Of a DNA stretch of 64,000 bases, positions 38,050 through 51,039 are shown piece by piece. The position numbers and the translations under genes were made by a program. The stretch is taken from positions 15,564,001-15,628,000 of the forward strand of contig CM052817.1 in the NCBI GenBank assembly GCA_028534125.1, written 5' to 3'. Origin of the DNA: Lama glama (Eukaryota). Within the stretch, counting starts at the first letter, position 1; every line of letters starts with the position of its first letter. Below the pieces are notes generated by a model. The model was not told where the DNA came from, ran no database searches, and was given only the letters and a program-made list of their open reading frames with translations.

Positions 38050-38165
38050 CAATGCCTCTGTGAGCTAGGTAACTGTTATTATTCCCATTTTACAGATGAG
38101 GAGACTGAGTAATGGAGACATTAAACAGCTTGCTCAAGGTCACTCAACAGAGAGATGGAAACTCA
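38050..38165 (-). mobile_element. MIR fragment
   Basis: near-consensus 'attattcccattttacagatgaggagactgag...ttaaacagcttgctcaaggtcac'. Confidence 0.85.
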
Positions 38166-38587
38166 AAAAACACCCCTGCGCCCGCTGAGCCTCTGTCTGC
38201 CTTGTCAATTAAGTACATCAGCTCATCATTGCTTGCTGCTTCTTAGACGATCATGTTTTATTAATGTACACTGTTAAGCAGCTGCCACATTTCACCCAAG
38301 AGGTAGCCACCTTTCAATCAAGGAGAGAGTAATTCCAGTTTACAGCTACAGTGGTAGCAAACGCTAAAGGAAGTGAAGCTGCCTGCCTTCTATTATATCG
38401 CTCACTCTTTGCCCTTAATGACTTCTTGCTTGGGGAAAAAAAAATCTGGTCAGAAACTTTTGATTGGTTGCATTGCACTGAAAGGTAATTAGGGATAATT
38501 TTTAATGTAGGTGGAATATAAATGACAACCGTATTTCTCAATAAGAGAGGGAAAGCTGCCTTCTTATAAAACATAACCAAACTCATT

Positions 38588-38658
38588 ATTTTTTTGAAGT
38601 GTATTCAATTTACAATGTTGTGTTAATTTCTGGTATACAGCACGCTGATTCATTTATG

Positions 38659-38713
<55 letters not shown>

Positions 38714-38992
38714 CTTTTCATATTCTTTTTCATCGTAAGCCATTACAAGGTACTGAATAGAGTTCCCTGTGTTGGACCTGGTTGTTTATCTGTTTTATAT
38801 ATAGGTTATGTATCTGCTAATCTCAAACTCCCCATTTATCCCTCCCCACTGTGAGTCTGTCTCTGCTTTGTAAATAAGTTCATTTCTGTCCCTCTTTTTT
38901 AGATTCTACATAGAGGTGATACCATGTGGTATTTTTCTTTCTCCTTCTGGCTTACTTCACTTAGTATGACGATCTTCAGGTCCATCTATGGT
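38588..38992 (-). mobile_element. Artiodactyl-type L1 3' end with internal (TA)n (~38662-38710)
   Basis: 'atttacaatgttgtgttaatttctggtatacagca', 'tttagattctacatagaggtgatacca', 'ggcttacttcacttagtatgacgatcttcaggtccatc'. Confidence 0.88.
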
Positions 38993-39319
38993 TTACTTCA
39001 ACAGCAATAGAAAAGTGACTGAAATAAACACGTGAAATGTTCTACATACTGATCTGAAGGGAGATGAGGGACTTTGAAAACAGAAAAAGAGTAACTGGGT
39101 AGAAATTTTTAAACCCTCCCTTCGGTCAGGGAGTGATCCAATTTTTGTTCTTTGCAGGATTCCAGAGTTAATGGAAAGGTGGAGGGCAGAGAAGCCAAGC
39201 CTGAGACAGATGTGAAGAAAGGGAAATTTGTTTTCAAGGCCCTGCCCTGACCTTTTCTTTGCTTTCCTGCGCAGTAGTGTGTGGCTGGGAGAGAGAGTGG
39301 GTTTAGGAATAGGAAAATA

Positions 39320-39505
39320 TTTTGCCACTTTTAGTTGACTCACCTTGAGAAAGACTCTTTTTTAATTTTCTAAACCCCCATTTCCTCATCTGCAAATCTG
39401 GACTATAATCCACCTTGCAGGTTTATAGAGAAGATGAAATGAAAAAGCAACTGAAGAGTCTAGTACCAGCCTTAGCAGGTAACAGACGCTCAAGAAAAGG
39501 TAGAT
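39320..39505 (+). mobile_element. MIR SINE
   Basis: 'tttcctcatctgcaaatctggactataatccaccttgcaggttt...gagtctagtaccagcct...gctcaagaaa'. Confidence 0.65.
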
Positions 39506-41067
39506 AATACAACTATTCTTAGTAGCCTCCTTCTCTAACTTAAATCCCTTCAAGATCCTCCAAACCTTCAAATCCATTTAGCTATTCAATATGGTCCTAT
39601 TACTCCAGTGAGAACTCACCCACATGGCACTGTGGTCAGTGGTGGATCCACTGTGTCCAGAGCTGCCTCCACTTTTTCTTCCCTGCTCATGACTTACTTA
39701 CTCTATAACCCAGACCTTCAGTGTGCTCTTGAATCTATTCACCCATCAGAGCTTCTAGTTTCTTCGTCTGTTGGATGAGACTGATCCACCCTTCTGTCTA
39801 CCTCACTCACATATTCACTATAAGAAACAAATGGGTAAGTAATAATTCAGTTGGCACTGTATACTCTGACATGCCGTCAATTTTAAGTTTTTCACCACGA
39901 CCACTATTATTTCTTAAGGCTTCACTAGGGAAGAAATCTCATTTTAATTATTCACAGTAAGACATTAATGATAAAGAGGAAGTGACTGGCCCCTGCTAGG
40001 TAACACTGGTTTATTTTAATAGAGGCCTTTAGTGCCTTAATCCAAAACTGGAAATATTAGTGAAAGTCCATAGCAGAAGAAAGAACATGGAGGAGATTTA
40101 TTTGGACGAGGGACTCCTAAAATTACCTTCCCTGTGTTTTGCCTTTAAACAAGGATCGCCCATCCTGGCACAGTTTATATTTCTGCACAGTACTCGGAGG
40201 TGATCTTGATAGAGAAATTGTAACAACAGCAACAAAAGAGATTGAGCATCTGATCCCCCAACAACCAGTGTTCCATTTTCCTCCCTCCTGTCTCTGCTCC
40301 CAGTACTGAAAAGGTTTCCTTGTATTACAACCTCAATTTAAACTTTTTTCCCCCCATGGCTAAGAATTTTTTGCTGCAAGTGTTAATTGTCCTGACAAGG
40401 ATGCCTGTCCTCTTAATTTGAACAGCGGCTGTGCTAAACGATGCAAAATATACACAGATCTATAGTTATGCCCCAATAGGAAATGCTATTATGGAAAGGT
40501 CTTCTGCTTTTCATATAAAAATCCCCACTAACTGTTTCAGTAGTGAAAAAGTAAACCCAATATAAATACAAAATCCAAGTGCCAAAAAGCTAATAGAATG
40601 ATAAGAAGATCCTGGCACTGATTTTCAATGCTTGCAATGACGTGCTGAAATATGCCAAGTCATGTTCAGGAAGAACATTAGGCTGTTCCTATAAAAGGGA
40701 CCTAAGGATCAGCTAAAGCAATAGAGTCTAATTACTATTATTAATAATAGCAAGAGTATATTAATCTCTCCTATCAGCATGCGGGTTTAATATTGACCTT
40801 TTCTTTCAAAGACAGCTCTAATGCTATTATTTACTATGCCAGGCATTTTATTCTGCAGTACTAGTCACAAAATGATTAACACAATGATGTCCCATGCCAC
40901 ACTATCAAAATTCTTTTGAATTCCATTGGACAAAAGGATGGTCATGCCCTTCAGCTGAAGAGCATCAGTGTCAACTCATAAAAAAGTAAAGTAGAGAATA
41001 AACACCCGCCTAGCTAAGATGATCAGCTGAATGATGATGAGTGAGGTAGAAGAGATCTCACATTTAC

Positions 41068-41110
41068 CCATCTGTCTGTCTATCCATACATCCATCCATT
41101 CATCCATCCA
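41068..41110. repeat. (CATC)n simple repeat
   Basis: ccatctgtctgtctatccatacatccatccattcatccatcca. Confidence 0.7.
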
Positions 41111-41159
41111 ACTTTGTGCTCCACCAGCATCACCACCAGCATGCGGGAAGAACACCCAC

Positions 41160-41538
41160 TGATAGTAGAAGCAGGATTCCCAAGGGAGGTCAGGTGTGGC
41201 AAAGGTACTTTGGAACCAACATATCCCAGGCGTTCTAATACATTTCTCATAGTGGGACAGTAAGGCTTGTGTATGCCAATGAACTGTGAGAGAAGGTGAT
41301 ATTGGTCACTTCAAGGACAAGGCAATTAAGTGTTGGTATGTCTCCCTTACCTCTCTCTTTTCCTGTTAGAATGATTTTGGAGGCCATGTGTTGCAAATGA
41401 CGTATCCACAAGGTAGACGAAGACCACCTAGCCCACATCAGCTTCGAATAAAGAAAGAGGGAGACCCTTCTGGTGTATGAAGCACGGGATTGTGAGGCTT
41501 TGTCTGTTAGAGCAGCTAGTATTACTTTTCCTGATACA
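41160..41538 (+). mobile_element. MLT1 (MLT1I/J-like) LTR
   Basis: 'gccaatgaactgtgagagaaggtgat...gtcacttc', 'tggaggccatgtgttg', 'ctgttagagcagctagtattacttttcctgataca'. Confidence 0.7.
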
Positions 41539-41789
41539 TAAGATCCAAGATCCATTGTCGTAGCAAGTTCAGTGACTCTCAGCAAGTCTTTCAGCATCTT
41601 GAGGTCTATTTTTTTCCACAGGTAAAACAAGGACTACCCTTATCTCTAGCATTCTAGAGTTTGCAATAAGTTTCTTGAGTACATTGGGGGGAGAAGGCAT
41701 TTAATTATTGGATTTAGTCTATAGCCTTCTTTTACACTACAGACAGAATATATTGCCCCATCATTAATATTCTTACAGCTTTTATGCCT

Positions 41790-42000
41790 AACTCTTCTGT
41801 AGTATTTACCCCACTGTACTGTAATTACTTATTTATGCGTCTCTTTGGTTTTTTTATTTGTTTGTTTGTTTGTTTGTTTTTGCATGGGACTGTGAGCTCT
41901 TCCAGGGACAGGAACTGTCTTTTTGATCACTTTATCACTGAGACCTGAGAGAATGCTTAGCAATCAACATTTTTTATTGTTGTTGAAATATAATTATGAA
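41790..42000 (+). mobile_element. L2 3' end
   Basis: 'cactgtactgtaattacttatttatgcgtctc...gactgtgagctcttccagggacaggaactgtc'. Confidence 0.7.
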
Positions 42001-44574
42001 TCTTGGAAAGAAAGCTTGCAATAGCTTATCTGTCTCTTTCCTGCCACCACTAGGGACAAATTGCCATATAGGATACATAAGGAGTTTTAGAGAATGGAAG
42101 TGCATACAAAGGAGGGACAGAGGATGAGAGAGAGCATGAAGAATGGAAAAGGAATTGAGAAGACCAGGGAAGAGAACAGGAATAACGTATTGATGTCAAA
42201 GGGGATGCAGAGAAAGCAAGAGCGAGTTAAGCCAGATGACAGGGTGAAAAGTCCGGGTCAGAACACAAAGGCCATCTCTAGCAGACACCTAATCATTTCT
42301 GAAGGAGAAAATAAAATGTGACTGAGAATTAGGAATTTCTAGGAGCTGGAATGATCATCCACCCCATCTCCTTTCCTTTCAAGCAGGGACATGCCATTGC
42401 TGGGACTGAGAGGGAATGACAATTTGAGATCTGATGGCAGGGCCTCAAATCTCCAGATGTCTGGGGCCAAGAAATACAAGGCAGGGTGAATTGGTCAGGA
42501 TGCTGGTGACAGTTTCAAACTTGTTTGACAAGTAGAACAAGACAGGATGATATGCCTAGATGCCAAATGGAGTACCAAGCCTCTGGTATTGTCTCAACTA
42601 ATATAATCAGGGAGGGAAAACAGTCCATGCTCTCTGTTGCTAAAAATGTCTGACCCAAAGTGGGAATCTCAACAAAGCAACCGCTGGTCCTCAGCATGTC
42701 ACCAGGGTCCTCAGAAGACCGTTTATTGTAACAATGGTGAGCGACTGGTCTTTGCCTGATTGTTTTCCACCACTAAAGCAGGGAGCCTCAGTTTTTCAGT
42801 GTGGAAGAGTCTTTCCTGTCTCTGAAACTGGTTCTTGACATACCATTGCCAATTTGCAGCAAGTGACAAAGCTAGGACGACAGCACTGGATAACAGCCAT
42901 CTGCCTGACCCTTCATCAGCTCCCACCCAGACTGGGGCTCCAGCAAGCCAGGCCTAGGTGCCAGCTACAAAGAACTTCATTCAGGCTGGGGATTCAATTG
43001 CAAGGTGCCAGAAAACAAACAAAAACAAAAAAATTTCCAAAGAGCTGAAGTAGATTAGAGGCAGAGTGTTTAGGGAGCGCTGAGAGTCCAGTGTAAGCTT
43101 GGAACACAGAAGGCGGCAGCAAAGGCAAAATAAAGAAATAGAGTCAAAGATCAAGACACAAGTGGCGTTGGAATAAATGAAAGGAGGTGAAGAGTAAGGA
43201 AGAGTAAGGAGATGTTTCTATGCCAATATTTTCCAGAATAGAAAAGTAGACTTCCCAGCGTTCTGCCTCTACGTCCTGCTTTAGGGATTGTCCACCCGGT
43301 GGTCTGTCTACTAGACGTTTCCCTGTCAGTTCAAATACATGCTACCCTTTCCTAGGACTTGAGCTCCAAAAACCATGCCCCTCAATAGTTCTGTTTCTAA
43401 ATTCCTTCTTTAGATTTGATCTAGGACACTTGCTCCCTCAGCTTCACTGATGTGTTGAGCTTGCTATGTTTATTTATTTATAGGCCTGAGGAGGTCTCTT
43501 AAAGACTAGGATCCCACTTTTGGATTTTGCAAACCCAGTGGTTTGACTCTTTCAGCCCCCTTGTGAGTCGTCCCGCAGGGATTGTCCACCTGGCGGTCTC
43601 TCTGCTAGAGGTCTCTTCTTTCTCTACCTGTCTCTCTCATCTTGTCTCTGCATCACCTTCCTGGACCTCCTAACCCTCTCCATTTCCTCCAGGACCACTG
43701 TGCTTCTAGGCCCAGAAACTCTCCCTTGAATGCGGCTAGGTCAGAGTGTGTCCAGTCCCCAGGCACTGACTCTAATTTCTCGGTTTCTAGCTGAGTTCCA
43801 CTTCCAATTCTGATTGCTGCAGTCAATTAAGGTTACTAGTTGTACAGCATTAACATATGCGGTATCCAACCAGTCTAACTAATCTGTCAGTCGATCTTCC
43901 TGCTTTCTCCATGACGTTAAATACAATTTGCATTTCTTTAAACAACATTGCTACTTTAATCTCTTTATTTTTATTTGGTAAGAAACAGCTCCAGTCACCC
44001 GTTCCTCAATTTCTCCTCTTGTCTCAGAACTGGGAAGCATGTCTCGCTGAGGAAAATGATACAGTGATGACTGTATCATGATTTATTCTGGGGTAGAAGT
44101 CTAAATTCTGTGCAATCAAAGGCTCTTCGGGTACTATCTGAACAAATTGGAGTTTGTTGGCAGGAAAGAAAAGGGGAAATGACTGTTGAATATGTAATGG
44201 GCTTTGTCTGTCACATATTTAATTTATAACAACATCATCAAATTAACTGAAAAAAGAAAGTTCTGAAAATAAGAACTGTCCAGCAATCTAATGGAGTCCT
44301 GAGTTCTTGCTCTGGAAATGTCCAAGCAGAAGTCAGTTGACCACATGAAAGTATAGTATAAATGGGAAGCTGAGATAGAGCTTAATTTTCCTGCCCCACA
44401 TAGCAGATAAAGTTGCTAAGCATTTGGGGAAAATCATGAAAACGCTGGACTTGAGGGCAATGGGAAAGAGGGAAACTTTCAGAAGCAAACGGGGTTCATT
44501 TCAAAACTTTGCTAGGGCCTGTCAACATATGGCCCTGTTGACTCTGTCATAGAATGCGGTTTCCTCTGGGCTCC

Positions 44575-45000
44575 CTTCTTGCATTCCTCCGGGAACCACG
44601 AAGTTTTAACTCTGGCTATGGCTGCCTAACTGAAGACTACAGTTCCCAACTTCCTGTGTAGCTAGTGTGACCCTGCTGAGCTTTCTATAAGGGAATGTGT
44701 TCATCTTCCTAGGAGTGGCCTTAAAGTCCACAGATTTGCTGTCCTTCAGCTCTTCATCCTCCCTCTTCTTGCCTGAAATGTGGACGTGGTGGGAAATAAT
44801 CTTGGATGGTGTCAGTGAAGGCAAAATACAGAGCAACCAAACAGAAAGGGTTTTGTTCCCCAAGACTGTCGGGCCACTAAGTAAGTCTGTGCTGCTTGCG
44901 CTGAGATTGATACGTGAAAGGGATAAAGGCTTCTTTCTTCTTGAAGCCACCATTATTTTTGTCTCTGATACACTGGACAGATCTTTATCCTAACCAAACC
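44575..45000 (+). mobile_element. LTR16-like or MLT1-like ERVL LTR
   Basis: 'gaagactacagttcccaacttcctgtgtagctagtgtgacc', 'cttgcctgaaatgtggacgtg', 'cttgaagccaccattattttt...atcctaacc'. Confidence 0.6.
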
Positions 45001-45785
45001 ATGGCTCTTCTTCATTTCAGGCAGTAGTCTTTGAAAACTTTTGCCAGGTCTCTACTTTAAACACAATCCCAATCTTCTCTTGCTCACTCTCTGTAAATCT
45101 TACTTTTTGCTGACAATTCTGGCAATTAAGAGGAATTTTCTGAAATTTTTTAACCCTCCAATCCACAAATCTATCTGTATCTTTATCTATTTTGATTTAG
45201 ACCCTCCTGACATCACAGAACAAGGGGCACAGAGCAAACTTTCTCAAGGAAATTACTCTTTTCTTTAATGTAATGTTAACATTACTCTGTTGTTATACTG
45301 CACTGACATTAATATATGTTCAAGTTCTCCAACTCTGTGTGTGTGTGCGTGTGTAGATGGAAGGCAGGGACAGAAGTGAGAAGAAAGCAGCTTAAGAAAG
45401 TGAAGTGCATTGTTCATCTCAGACTTTGTGATTTTCATCCTAAATATCTAGGAAAATGCAGAAAGAGATGAGAGTGCATAATAAACCAAGAAACTAAGAT
45501 TGACAACTAATCTACTGCCAAAATCTTAGAGGAATTTCCTCTAATTATAATATTCATGGAGTGGAAAAGAGAAACACAATTGTCAGGTGACATTAATATA
45601 TACCTTGTCACTTGCAGGAGATCAAAACTGCCAACGTGAAGGACAATGCGGAGGCGCATCAACACACTTGCCTGGGCCTTGGCTCAGAAAAGCAGAATCT
45701 GCAACAGCCACCAACCACAAGTACGTTGTTGGGCCACGGCCACAGCCCTAGCAAGCAGAATACGAAATATGGATTCTAAAGCAGC

Positions 45786-45832
45786 TGTGTGTGTGTGTGT
45801 GTGTGTGTCTGTGTGTGTGTGTGTGTGTGTGT
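45786..45832. repeat. (TG)n microsatellite
   Basis: ~23 TG units with one TC interruption. Confidence 0.95.
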
Positions 45833-46069
45833 ATTCTACACCAGATTCCAGATTCCCCCATTTGGACAACTAAATATTTTCAGGGATTACAATTTTCAGG
45901 AATTCTACACACTCATAAACAGAGGAGTTAAGCTGCGGCAAATTTTCATCTTCAAATATAACATGAAAAGAAAAAAAGATGTTAGTGGAAAACCAAGTTT
46001 TGCCTTTTTTTTGTTTCAGGAAATGGAAGAACTCCTCACTCCTTTCAGTCATCCATAAATAAATGTCCC

Positions 46070-46450
46070 TCCTAGTAATAATAATAGCAAACATTTATCA
46101 GATTCTAAAAACAGAGCACGGGAAACCAGACTGTCTGGATTCTAATGCCACTTCTACATTTTACAAGCTACGTGACCTTGGCCAAATTATTTAATTTGTT
46201 GCTACCTCAATTTCTTCACCTACAAGAGTATAAAATAATTGGGAAAATTCTGTGGGTTAACGTTGGAAGTACTTCAGTCCAGTATGTGTTTGATACCAGT
46301 TTCAATCCTCGTATGATGCAATAAGATCAGTGCTATTATAGTGACTATTTCACTGATAGAGAAAAGTAGGTCTTGTAGAAGTTAAATGACTCTTCTAATC
46401 ATTGGTAGACCCAGAATTTGAATGCACCATGTTACTGTATACATCTAATA
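46070..46450. mobile_element. MIR (+) nested in MIR (-)
   Basis: 'ccagactgtctggattctaatgccac...ctacgtgaccttggccaaattatttaa' (+) inside 'aataatagcaaacattta...ttcaatcctc...gttaaatgact...ccagaatttgaa' (-). Confidence 0.6.
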
Positions 46451-46759
46451 TCCTAATTACTACAATATGTTGCATCCTTACAGCAAGTCAAGGATACCTC
46501 AAGAATACATGTTAAAAGCCTCAATACCGCCATTGACCGCTAGACACCATAAATTTGGCATTGAGCCATGAAAAACAGCCAGCCTTTTGCTCAAGATCCG
46601 GGAAGAGGGCTTCAACAGTAATGTGAGGCTGAGTGGAAGAAAATGATAGTCCTCCATCAACCATCGATAAATACTGCTTTGTTTAAAGATGGCAACACTG
46701 AAAACAGAAAAATAAATGGGTCCAGTGAAAATATTGTGCACATTTAAAGGAAGAAAGAG

Positions 46760-47260
46760 CAATCAAGATGCAGATAAAAAAAAAAAGCTGAAAAATTCAC
46801 TAAAGAAAACAGAAACTGCAGAAACTGTCTGCTTTGTAATCTTAATGGAAATGAAAACTACAGTCTGAATAATGAGATGAAAGATGAGATTATATGAAAA
46901 TAAGTTGAGATAAGAAGGGAGTTGGCTGAGAGGCAGGTAGAAATAAAAGGCAGGAGTTTGACATGATAAAGAAAGATTATAAGAAGATTAAAAATGCAAT
47001 AATAGAATAGAAATTTGCATTCAAACCAATAAAGAGCAGAATTAACACTATAGAATTAGTGATAAGCTTAAATCAGACTCTGCAAAAAAATTTCGGAGTG
47101 AAGAAGAAAAACTCAGAGGTGCAGACACTTATGGTAAGGATGGAGAGCAAAGAGAGGGAGGTCAGATGTAGGCATTTCTAGAAGCACACCTGACAACAGA
47201 AGCAATTACTAAAGCTATTTTTGAATAAACGTATATAACATATATATTCAATGAGTTTAC
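46760..47260 (+). mobile_element. Old L1M/HAL1 ORF1-like remnant
   Basis: A-rich; 'aaaaatgcaataatagaa...ataaagagcagaattaacacta...aattagtga'. Confidence 0.45.
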
Positions 47261-47969
47261 AGATCAGAAAGGATTACTTACTACATGTGCTGTATACGGC
47301 TGACATCTTGTTTTGAATGTATTTATAGTCAATGTTACTGCTTAATATGGTATAATGTGCACATTGAGGAAAAACTAAAGAATGCAGATAAATAGAATAT
47401 TTTTAAAGTTGCCTACACCCCTTGTATGCAAATATTACTAACTCTATGCTGTGTGTTATTTCAGATGATACATGAACATTAATTACACCATACATGCAAA
47501 ACATACATGATGTTTTATAACATACCTGTGTCTATCTGTGCTACGTATTTCTCCTCAAAAGCAACATATTTTTGTCAGTAAGAAAAATACATTAAAGATT
47601 GAAGCAATGCATAAAATTATGAATAAAAAATTTAAATAACTCCATCTTTGAGAAATAAACTTTCATCATTTTGAAAACTTTTTTCCAGGTATTGTTTTGT
47701 GCAAATAGAAATCTGTAACTATAGATGAGCCATGAACCTGACCAAAGGTAAACCTGGAGATATACGTAAAAACAGAGAAATCTTTACATAAATTAATCAT
47801 ACAGCCAATGCTATATTGATATCTACTTTCTTATTTATTGATGCATTGGATTTATTTCTAAGTCAATTCATAGAGATATTTTATCATGTTGACTCTATCA
47901 GATTACCTTGCATTGCTATGCCATGCCTTTTTTTTTTTAATGCATTGACTATTGATGAGCACTTAGATT

Positions 47970-48110
47970 GGTTTAAATCTCTCTGTGGTTTAGTGTTCTC
48001 ATCTGTATAATGGGGATAATCAGATTACATTAAGGATAAGTGGAGTTAATAAATGTGCAGAATTTAGAAAAATGCTTAGTATCTAGTAAGAACTGTACAA
48101 GTATATGATA
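47970..48110 (+). mobile_element. MIR fragment
   Basis: 'ttctcatctgtataatggggataat...taaggataagtggagttaataaatgtgcagaatttagaaaaatgc'. Confidence 0.75.
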
Positions 48111-49956
48111 TTACTTTAATTAATACTATATTTAGAATATACATTTTTCAACCATAAATATAACAATGAAAAAGAAAAATCTTTACGTATACATTTTTAT
48201 AAATTAGTTCAATTTTATTCTAAACAGTGTCAGAAGCAAGTTTAAGTGCTGAGTTTGTCCCAGGGTCTTTATTATACTTTTTATTCTTGGAAATGAAATT
48301 TTTCTTCATTTTGTTTTCTAGTTGGCTACTATTTGATATGTAAATAATCTGTTGAACTTATGTTTAATTTTGTAATCAGTCTCCTTACTTTTATTAATAG
48401 AATTTCCTGATTTCTTATTTATAAGTTTTCATTTGATTATATTTACTTATTTCATTAAGCATAATCCTTTTATTGTTTTAGTAATATATCTGCACACTAG
48501 TCATAAAAAAATAAAGAATAAAACAATAAATTACTCCCAAATAATCTTGCTTGCCAGAAATAATCAAAAGTTTGTGAGATCTCCATACATACAAGAGCTC
48601 ATATTTTTTAACCCATTGAAAACAGACATAGTAGAGGAAGATAGATACATACACATTGAGACATGCTAATATACTGGTATTAAGTTTAAAAGGACTTAAT
48701 TTAATTTTCCCTGAATATTAAAGATGATGTAGTCAATCTAAAGGAATTAAAATATCTTACTTAAAATGTTCTTTATTTGGTTTTTAAATTATGAGACATG
48801 GAATGCTTTAAATTCCTCTAGGAAAGAAACATTGAAAATATTAAGAAACCAAGGCAAAATGAATTTAGGCTCATGTTCAATGCAGACAATTTTGAACAAT
48901 TCCTTGTTATCAAATATGAACTAGACTCACACATTTCTCACACTTTATCCCTCCCTTAATTATCCCCTTTGAAGTACATATTGTATTTCAAATCTTCTAC
49001 AACTTGTATTATGCTCTGTAACCACACTTATCCCAGTCACTTAGTCTCATTTCTACATTTAAATAGATTTAATGATTTTATGGACACTTGCCCCACTTTT
49101 GGACTCATATTTTAATCTGCTTTTTGGTTAGCATTTAGCGTATTTTTTCAAAGGAGAGATTATGAATTCTATTTTGTCTGAGTTTTCTAAAATTTATATT
49201 TCTTTTGTCCTGTATGTCTACTGTCTTGTCTTCTTGAGCATATCTTGGCTGGGTATGACAATTTTAGGTAATGCTTTCTTTTTCTTAGAATTTTGCATAT
49301 TTTACTATAGTTTTCTGAGAAGACTGAGGCTGAAATGGGGTTTTTACCCTAGAAAGTAGACTTGGCGTTTCTATGTGGCTACCTGAAGGAATCTTTCTTT
49401 GAGATTAAAAATTAGTATTAAATCAAGATAGAGGTAGACGTGTATTCCTGTTTCAACTCTCCCAATGCCTGATGTGCATTTTCATCTCTCCATATACATT
49501 TGAGAATGTACTTACTGTGAGACCGTGGGGAATTTATAACATTAAGTCATCCTGTTGATGGAATATTGTTTATCTCCATAGTAGACTTAAGGATTCTTTG
49601 TTATTTCCTAGATTCAGAATAGTATTTGTTGATACATGAATTGCATCTACTTTTTAGAGTACTGCAAATTGATCTTTAGACTACTTCAAATTGTACTTTT
49701 GTATCATAAGCTTATTAAATTTTCTCATTTGATACAGTTGTTTGCTACTTCTATTATTTCTATGTAGATGAGCATATCTTCTACAATTAATGATAGTTTT
49801 AGATCCTTCCTTCCAGTCCCTGTACCCATTATTTCTTTTTATTTTCTAAGAACTTTCCCAGGACCTCCTGCTCTATGTTTTTAAAAAATACAATAGTGAG
49901 CTTTGTTGCCTTGTAGAGAATAAATTTAAATTTCTCTGTTACATATGTTTACCAAA

Positions 49957-50643
49957 TGTAGTGGATACTATGGTGACCTGGTCAGATCCTCTCCTTCAAG
50001 ACTGGAACCCATTCCCCCAGCTGCTGGCATATCAACAGCTTTCATCCAAGTCCCTCCAACACTTGACCTTGGCTGACGAGACTCACCTTGTACAAGCTCA
50101 TGGCCCTTTCCTAGGGACATCCTACAGCTAATGATGGGGAGATTTGGTTGTATACAATTATGACCCTCTTGCTTCTTTTGTGTGTGTGTGTGTGTGTGTG
50201 TTAATTTTTTTTTGAGTTATAGTCAGTTTATAATGTTTTGTCAATTTCTGGTGTACAGCACAATTTTTCAGTCATACATGAATGTGCATATATTCATTTT
50301 TATATTCTTTTTCACCATGAACTATTACAAGATCTTGAATATATTTCCCTGTGCTATACAGTATAAGCTTGTTTATCTATTCTATATACACCAGTCAGTA
50401 TCTACAAATATGGCCCTCTTGTTTCAAATGAGTTTAACTCTGAATGGCCAAGCCCACACTCCTTACAGGATTAGATAAAGTCTTTGTTACAATTTCACAG
50501 CAGTTGATCTTCTCTTGTCCAATGCTGCTCCCTGAACTCTCCCTAAACCCCAGTATTGTTCGTGAGAGCACTCCTCGATAAACTTTCCACATGAAGATGC
50601 CTATCTCAGAGTCTGCTTCCCATTCATAACACCAAGATAGACA
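49957..50643 (+). mobile_element. LTR16A/B-like ERVL solo LTR, interrupted by an L1 3' end
   Basis: starts 'tgtagtggatactatggtgacctggtcagatcc'; 'ccattcccccagctgctgg'; 'gagagcactcctcgataaac...tctcagagtctgcttccc'. Confidence 0.75.
50176..50408 (-). mobile_element. Short L1 3' end, related to the 18.4-kb copy
   Basis: 'tagtcagtttataatgttttgtcaatttctggtgtacagca...tcagtcatacatgaa'; 17-bp TSD tatg(a/g)ccctcttg(c/t)ttc at 50159-50175 / 50409-50425. Confidence 0.88.
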
Positions 50644-51039
50644 GGGTCCTTAAATTTTCAGTTTATCAGGAATCTTTAAATCATGAATGCATGTTAAAAT
50701 CTATTAAGTATCTTTCTTCATCTATTTAGATAACCACTTCACTTTTCTCCTACATTAATGTAACATATCACCATATTTGTAGACTTTCCAATATTAAGCC
50801 AATCTTGCATTCCAAGGATAAACCTAACTTAGGGATCATACCAGATTTTATAAAACTTATGGAATTTATTTTTATATTATACAATATATAATAATATAAT
50901 ATACATACATATGATTATTAGATTTTTTTAATCTACATTCATAAGTAAAGTGAGCTTATTACTTCCTTTTCTTGTACTGTCTTTAATTTGTAACAAAACT
51001 ACACAAGCTTTGTTAAATTAGCTGTAAGTTTTGGCTATA

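Larger units (their letters stand above)
48900..51020 (-). mobile_element. Old L1M5/HAL1 fragments (host of LTR16)
   Basis: 'tcttggctgggtatgacaattttagg', 'ttaagccaatcttgcattccaaggataaacctaactt', 'atctacattcataagt'. Confidence 0.55.

Noticed and set aside
41247..41630. 127-aa ORF
   Set aside because: It spans an MLT1 LTR and an adjacent MIR fragment.
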